From IMG/VR virus record IMGVR_UViG_3300021960_000018: a stretch of 64,000 bases of DNA. One strand, 5' to 3'. This DNA is from a virus. Shown here one piece after another: positions 59,424 through 64,000 of the stretch (the stretch's first letter is position 1; each line of letters starts with the position of its first letter). Under the pieces are notes generated by a model. It saw only the letters and a list, made by a program, of their open reading frames with translations, made no database searches and was not told where the DNA came from. The position numbers were made by a program, and so were the translations under genes.

Positions 59424-60877
59424 GCTTATCCGCACTAAATACCTCACTTTCTGCTTCGAAGGGCGCCTTTGATGCGAGCGATTTTATTGTTACGCAATTA
59501 AGTATTTTAAATATTAAATCTCAAAGGATCACTGAAGGAACTGGCGAGATGGTCGAACAATTAAATCGACTAAACGAGGTTTCAGATAAAATCTTAGAAG
59601 CATTGGTATCTAATTTAGACGATCTTGAAACCAGATTGGAATCAAAAACTACTGCTGCAAGCGGATCTTTTATTCCGAATGATACTGCTATCCCCGCATC
59701 GGCTTCAGGCGCTGGTGGTGGAGCGGCTTCTTCTTTTATTTCTGGTGCACTTGGAGGTCTTGGCGCAGGAATGCTATCCCGAGCAGGTGCGGCTAGGGCA
59801 TTGGGATTTGCATCAAGAGGATTAGCCGCCGGTGTCGCATATTTTGCAGCAGAGGAACTTGGAGATTTTCTTACGGAATTAACGGGAAATGAGTCATTGG
59901 GTGACGTTGCAGAATGGACTACAAAAGGGGGGGCTCTCGGATCCATATTCGGTCCTCCTGGCATAGTTGTGGGTTCTATTGCAGGATTTGCATATGGCGC
60001 AGCCCAAGCATTGACTAATTGGATGGATGAAAAACGTGCTGAATTTGAAAGAGATGTTAATGATACTTTGGCCGCCATGGGCGCTGACCCATCCACATCT
60101 GCATCTGATTTTCTAGCTCCTAGATTAACTCCCGAACAACGAAATGCGATTTCTTCAATGCCGATTGAATTAACACCCGGAATTACTGCACCTCAAGCAG
60201 TAGATGCGGCACTAGAAGGCATGACTCCTACTGAAAGAGATAAATTTTCAGAAATAGCGGCGGCTGCTCAAGCAGGGGATCCTTCTGCGCAAGAAGCTTT
60301 TACGCAGGTAGTGCAAGAAGGATATCTGAAATTACAAAACCAAGAATATCTGGCGCCCGTACGGGATACCGCATATAATGCAGCGAATATGGTGGCAGAG
60401 AATTATGGGGTAGACGATGAAAACTATAATACAATAATCAGAGCTTTAACTGATTTTAGACTTGGAGGAGAAGCTGGGCTTATAAATCTAGCTACTGAAT
60501 ACAACCTCCTTTCTAATCGTATTAAAGACCATGTATTACAGGGTATGAGCACGGAAGAGATTATGGCTGAAGGTCCTGAAGGGTTCCAAGTTGATCAAAA
60601 TACTTTTAATAGAATAGTAGAACTGTCCAGATTAGTAACTGAAAATAATGATTTATCTGTATTACCTTCTTCCGTTAGAGAAACTGCAGGTAGTATGCTT
60701 TCTGAAGAAGGTGGTAGCGGTAATGTAGTAATAGTTCAGGGCGGAAGCCAGCCAGCTCCCGCCCCAGTTGTTAATGTTGAAGCTCCGAAAGTTCCTATGG
60801 GTGATACTATCGATAATAGATTTAACCGAATGTATCGAGGAATTCCTGGCGGAGGGATGTACGGTTATACTCGTTAA
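59420..60877 (+). CDS. putative tape-measure/hub protein (gp29-like position)
   Basis: Ala/Gly-rich helical protein directly after gp26/gp51. Confidence 0.5.
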   Translation: MSLSALNTSLSASKGAFDASDFIVTQLSILNIKSQRITEGTGEMVEQLNRLNEVSDKILEALVSNLDDLETRLESKTTAASGSFIPNDTAIPASASGAGGGAASSFISGALGGLGAGMLSRAGAARALGFASRGLAAGVAYFAAEELGDFLTELTGNESLGDVAEWTTKGGALGSIFGPPGIVVGSIAGFAYGAAQALTNWMDEKRAEFERDVNDTLAAMGADPSTSASDFLAPRLTPEQRNAISSMPIELTPGITAPQAVDAALEGMTPTERDKFSEIAAAAQAGDPSAQEAFTQVVQEGYLKLQNQEYLAPVRDTAYNAANMVAENYGVDDENYNTIIRALTDFRLGGEAGLINLATEYNLLSNRIKDHVLQGMSTEEIMAEGPEGFQVDQNTFNRIVELSRLVTENNDLSVLPSSVRETAGSMLSEEGGSGNVVIVQGGSQPAPAPVVNVEAPKVPMGDTIDNRFNRMYRGIPGGGMYGYTR

Positions 60878-61812
60878 CCGGCAGCCAGCTTAGCAAAATA
60901 GGATAGCGTATCCTCTTCTTCAGCTGGCTCTTTCGATGCGGTGTCGTTACTATTAAAACGATCGTAAGGAATATCATCATCCAATTCGACGTCTTCTGCA
61001 CGGTAGCTAGGAGCAGCTGCTTGATTACCAAGCTGTGCTTCTTGCCGCATAGTAGCAGTACCACCATTTGCTTCTTCACCCAGTACGGTCATTAGGCGAG
61101 ACTTAAGTTCGTCATATGACTTATACTTCTTGGGATCAGTAAACTCACGAAGATCGTGGAGCTTATTGTAGATACGCTCTAGTTCTTCGTCATCTTCGGA
61201 TAGGGCACGAGGTGCAGCAAACTCCGACTTATCATAGTTCACCCAACCATCGACGACACGAGCCTTTAGTTTAAAGTCCGCGCCGGACCAAAAATCAAAT
61301 GGGTTCAAAGGCTCTTCATCTTGAAACTCAGGCTTCATTGCATCCATGAGTTTATCGAAGATCTTTTTACCAAACTGATAGATCATCACACGACCTTCAT
61401 TCTGGGGATTAGCAGGATCGCTAACAACCAGAACGTTAGCCACATAGTGTAGTCGACGTTTCTGCTTACGTGCTTTTTCCTTATCAGCCTCATGTCCAGA
61501 ATTCCAAAGGCGAGCGTTCAGCTGACCAACTGGATCTTCTTGACCAAGAGATGTAAGGGAGTTTTCGATGTACCACTGACCAGTAGGTCCTTGGAAGCCA
61601 TGGTCCCAGAATCGGTTCCATGGAAGCTCGTTACCTTCCGCAGCAGGAAGGAAGCGAAGGACAGCGTAACCATTACCTTGTTTGTCACGCTGGAATTTCC
61701 AGATTCGGTCGTCTGTGTAGCTTTTCTTTTCACCACCACCAACTGCTTCGGCTGCTGCGGTAAGTTTCGAGATAGACGATTGACGACGACTTTTAAGATC
61801 TGCAAATGACAT
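60874..61812 (-). CDS. gp32: single-stranded DNA-binding protein
   Basis: DDRIWK..DKQGNGYAVLRFLP, HGFQGPTGQWYIENS, FGKKIFDK, NYDKSEF, acidic tail YFAKLA. Confidence 0.96.
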   Translation of the reverse strand: MSFADLKSRRQSSISKLTAAAEAVGGGEKKSYTDDRIWKFQRDKQGNGYAVLRFLPAAEGNELPWNRFWDHGFQGPTGQWYIENSLTSLGQEDPVGQLNARLWNSGHEADKEKARKQKRRLHYVANVLVVSDPANPQNEGRVMIYQFGKKIFDKLMDAMKPEFQDEEPLNPFDFWSGADFKLKARVVDGWVNYDKSEFAAPRALSEDDEELERIYNKLHDLREFTDPKKYKSYDELKSRLMTVLGEEANGGTATMRQEAQLGNQAAAPSYRAEDVELDDDIPYDRFNSNDTASKEPAEEEDTLSYFAKLAAG

Positions 61813-61848
61813 GTGTATTTTCTCCGTATTACTGAATTATAGAACTGT

Positions 61849-61877
61849 ATTATATCAGATATATTTTGGTTTGTACA
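61849..61877 (-). promoter_or_regulatory. sigma70-like promoter of gp32
   Basis: TGTACA-17 bp-TATAAT with extended TGn. Confidence 0.6.
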
Positions 61878-61885
61878 TAACAAAG

Positions 61886-62116
61886 TTACTCGAACATCAA
61901 AGTATTTTGTCGAGGCAGTAGGTTTAACCTGATCGCCTCACCTTCGAGTTTTTCCTTGACCACGGGGGAAATAAACTTTTTAGAATCCTCTGGGTCAATT
62001 CCATAATGTTCGCACACGTGCACGACCGCATCGATGTACGAAAGTTTTTTCTTAAAGACTGCTTCTTCCACCATTTTAGTAAAGGTGGCTCGATTCATAA
62101 ACTTACTCTCAATCAT
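61886..62116 (-). CDS. gp33: late transcription coactivator
   Basis: SYIDAVVHVCE..GIDPE..KFIS..VKEKLEGEA..LNLLPR; upstream of gp32. Confidence 0.88.
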   Translation of the reverse strand: MIESKFMNRATFTKMVEEAVFKKKLSYIDAVVHVCEHYGIDPEDSKKFISPVVKEKLEGEAIRLNLLPRQNTLMFE

Positions 62117-62118
62117 AT

Positions 62119-62586
62119 TTATATCCTACTGTAATCAACACCAAAAGATTTTTTTAGATTACCTTCACTATCGTAGGATGGTTTAACACATTTCCACCTG
62201 ACAATGGATTTACCTTCAGCTCCATAGAATCCAGAGACGTAAATACCGTTCTTAAGATAGTATTCGAGTTCTCGGATATACGCTAGAGCATTATCAAGTT
62301 TAGATTCAGCGCCCTTATCTTGCATCTTAACTTGTTTACGCTGGAAAGCAACTTCTTCTTTTTGCCGCTTAATCCAGTCCATTACATTCTTACGACTAAA
62401 TGTGTTGTCATCAGGAAGAGCGACAACATCTGGATCTAGGCTTTTATACTGCGGAGGGTTGACGGTTTCTCGTTTAGCACGAGCTTTTTCCAGAGCCTTA
62501 ACAGCTTTCGCCTTTTGCTCCGGAGTCATTGGTTTGCGGGGTTTACGAGGTTTTTTTGCTACAGGTTCTTTAGCCATCAATTTCAT
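62119..62586 (-). CDS. conserved hypothetical protein (basic N-terminus)
   Basis: KPRKPMTPEQK...YLKNGIY; probable start MAKEP. Confidence 0.7.
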   Translation of the reverse strand: MKLMAKEPVAKKPRKPRKPMTPEQKAKAVKALEKARAKRETVNPPQYKSLDPDVVALPDDNTFSRKNVMDWIKRQKEEVAFQRKQVKMQDKGAESKLDNALAYIRELEYYLKNGIYVSGFYGAEGKSIVRWKCVKPSYDSEGNLKKSFGVDYSRI

Positions 62587-62782
62587 TCCACTTCAGCATT
62601 TCCATTTCCCCTTCATCATTGTATCGATAACGGAGGTAACCATCCGCGATAAGCTTATCAATAGTTGATTCGATAACATCACCGATCAACTGATGTTTAG
62701 ATCCTCGACCATACCAATATCCCAAACCGCAAGTAACACCAGTTACAACAATTGCGGATAAAAGCGGGTCGAATCCAAACAT
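62570..62782 (-). CDS. hypothetical membrane protein
   Basis: One N-terminal hydrophobic segment. Confidence 0.65.
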   Translation of the reverse strand: MFGFDPLLSAIVVTGVTCGLGYWYGRGSKHQLIGDVIESTIDKLIADGYLRYRYNDEGEMEMLKWNEIDG

Positions 62783-63024
62783 CAGACAATCTCCTTAATT
62801 GAATCGATACGGAATGACCGCCAACCGTTGGATTCGATATCCCAAACGGCACAGACTTCGTCATTCTTTTTACGTGAAATATATTCTTCTACATCCATCT
62901 GTTCAGGTAGATAAGAATCCATCAAAGTGCACTTCATGACACGTTCTGTGCCATCTGCTTTCGTGAACGTGACCGTCCGCACGCCCTCGCGAAGCATTGC
63001 ATTAATCTCTTGTTTATTTATCAT
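62782..63024 (-). CDS. WYL_2/DUF2693-like SH3-fold protein
   Basis: VTFTKADGTERVMKCTL...VWDIESNGWRSFR. Confidence 0.75.
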   Translation of the reverse strand: MINKQEINAMLREGVRTVTFTKADGTERVMKCTLMDSYLPEQMDVEEYISRKKNDEVCAVWDIESNGWRSFRIDSIKEIV

Positions 63025-63027
63025 GAT

Positions 63028-63297
63028 TTAATCCCAATCATTATCAAACTTAGTGGTGTGATACATGGTTTCGCCATAATACTCCTTAGCGTACTTAGGA
63101 GCGTCCGTATAGGCGTAGATATTGGTTTCTTCAGGGATATTCATGAAATCCCTTTTAACCTTCTTACGCGCGGCGGCGGATGCGCTAGCGCTCGACTTTT
63201 TTACCGCCTTCCGCATTTTTGCCCGAGCGTTATATTTAGGGGCAAGAGAAGCGATAAGAGCAAGGCGTTCAGCATGTGTAGTAGCAGTAGTCATCAT
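63028..63297 (-). CDS. hypothetical early protein
   Basis: Coupled ORF, Lys/Ala-rich. Confidence 0.65.
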   Translation of the reverse strand: MMTTATTHAERLALIASLAPKYNARAKMRKAVKKSSASASAAARKKVKRDFMNIPEETNIYAYTDAPKYAKEYYGETMYHTTKFDNDWD

Positions 63298-63494
63298 TAA
63301 GTCCTTTGAGAGATGAATCGTTTCCAGTCTTGGCGTTCGAAAAAGTAAGGGTCCTCATTCAACAGGTCAACAGAACGAGCAGCCTCTTCTTCCGTCCTAC
63401 ATGTTGTATAGAGTATTTTCCTTGCTAAGTAAACGCCCCATAATGTCTCACCCTTACGTTCATAAGTGCGGTAGGTAAAATCTTTTTTGGCCAT
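63297..63494 (-). CDS. hypothetical early protein
   Basis: Coupled 65-aa ORF. Confidence 0.65.
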   Translation of the reverse strand: MAKKDFTYRTYERKGETLWGVYLARKILYTTCRTEEEAARSVDLLNEDPYFFERQDWKRFISQRT

Positions 63495-63859
63495 TATGCC
63501 GCCTCCAACATTTCAACTTCATCATTGAACAAACGAAGCTCTTCAAAGCCGAACGAATCGACCATGAAGAACCGACCATCACGAGCAAAGATGTCACCAA
63601 CAGATGACGAATGACCGCGAGTGCCAGGAAGGGCACGAACAAGATGGCCATTGTTCCAGAGATTGGTAAGTTCAAAGGCCTTATCAAGATCGTCAGTCTC
63701 AACTTCAAAAACAGGAGTGAAGTGCTGAAGCATATCAGGGGTGAACCCTTTGGAACCGAACATCAACTTACGGCTTGCTTCGATCGAAGGGACCGAAATA
63801 CCAGCATTGAAATCATCTGCTTGGCGGTTGGTGATTTGGATCTGATAGATGGTGATCAT
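63494..63859 (-). CDS. YodL-like protein
   Basis: ITIYQI...FELTN...GHSSSVGDI...FMVDSFGF; ATG at 63859 behind GGAGA. Confidence 0.68.
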   Translation of the reverse strand: MITIYQIQITNRQADDFNAGISVPSIEASRKLMFGSKGFTPDMLQHFTPVFEVETDDLDKAFELTNLWNNGHLVRALPGTRGHSSSVGDIFARDGRFFMVDSFGFEELRLFNDEVEMLEAA

Positions 63860-63884
63860 AGTGTATCTCCTTTTTGATAATAGT

Positions 63885-63968
63885 AATATAATCATTCAGA
63901 GAAGCTTTGTTAACCCCCCTCCCCCCAACTTTTTTCACTTTTTTCTGATTTTTTTTCTTTTTTTTCCT
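63885..63968 (-). promoter_or_regulatory. early sigma70 promoter with upstream A-tracts
   Basis: TTAACA (63913-08)-17 bp-TATATT (63890-85), preceded by repeated A-tracts (UP-like). Confidence 0.68.
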
Positions 63969-64000
63969 TAGCTTCCCGCTCTTCCCTGTTCCTTCTAGTG

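Noticed and set aside
59521-60096. 191-aa minus-strand ORF and the other nested or antisense ORFs in the track
   Set aside because: They lie within well-supported genes and have no recognisable motifs or independent start signals.
63914-63970. Poly-C/poly-T tract as a terminator or mobile-element end
   Set aside because: No stem precedes it; it is better explained as upstream A-tracts of the minus-strand early promoter.
1-64000. tRNA/rRNA genes, alternative genetic code, host chromosome origin
   Set aside because: Intergenic gaps are very short and I recognised no cloverleaf; TAA, TAG and TGA all end conserved genes at sensible points; the content is a continuous T4-like core.

Overview
AT-rich segment of a T4-like myovirus genome, with the gene content and order seen in marine T4-like phages. 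From right to left: early genes (YodL-like, WYL_2-like), gp33 and gp32; a plus-strand block gp4-gp2-gp54-gp26/gp51-tape-measure-like; a minus-strand baseplate operon (gp48, gp53, gp27-like, gp5 split over several ORFs, gp25, gp6, gp7-like, gp9-like, gp8, VrlC/DUF4815-like); a ~16 kb enzyme island (six radical SAM enzymes including a B12-binding one, a carbamoyltransferase, glycosyltransferases, SGNH-like hydrolases, a methyltransferase, a 2OG oxygenase); and a long tail-fibre operon. The best candidate for a new system lies at the end of the fibre operon (1-6710). It is a RiPP-like locus with a 177-aa precursor carrying eight Cys-rich heptads (7x CNCNFCT + CNCNKCC), three radical SAM/SPASM enzymes, an uncalled 2OG-Fe(II) oxygenase and accessory ORFs. 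It also has an apparently split peptidase S74 chaperone: the Ser/Lys motif ends the precursor, and the body is a separate ORF 1.3 kb downstream. Other signals are a recurrent D-S-D motif in virion proteins, short CpG-rich synonymous-codon patches, and a probable -1 frameshift joining gp26 to gp51. All family assignments come from motifs recognised by eye; no searches were run.
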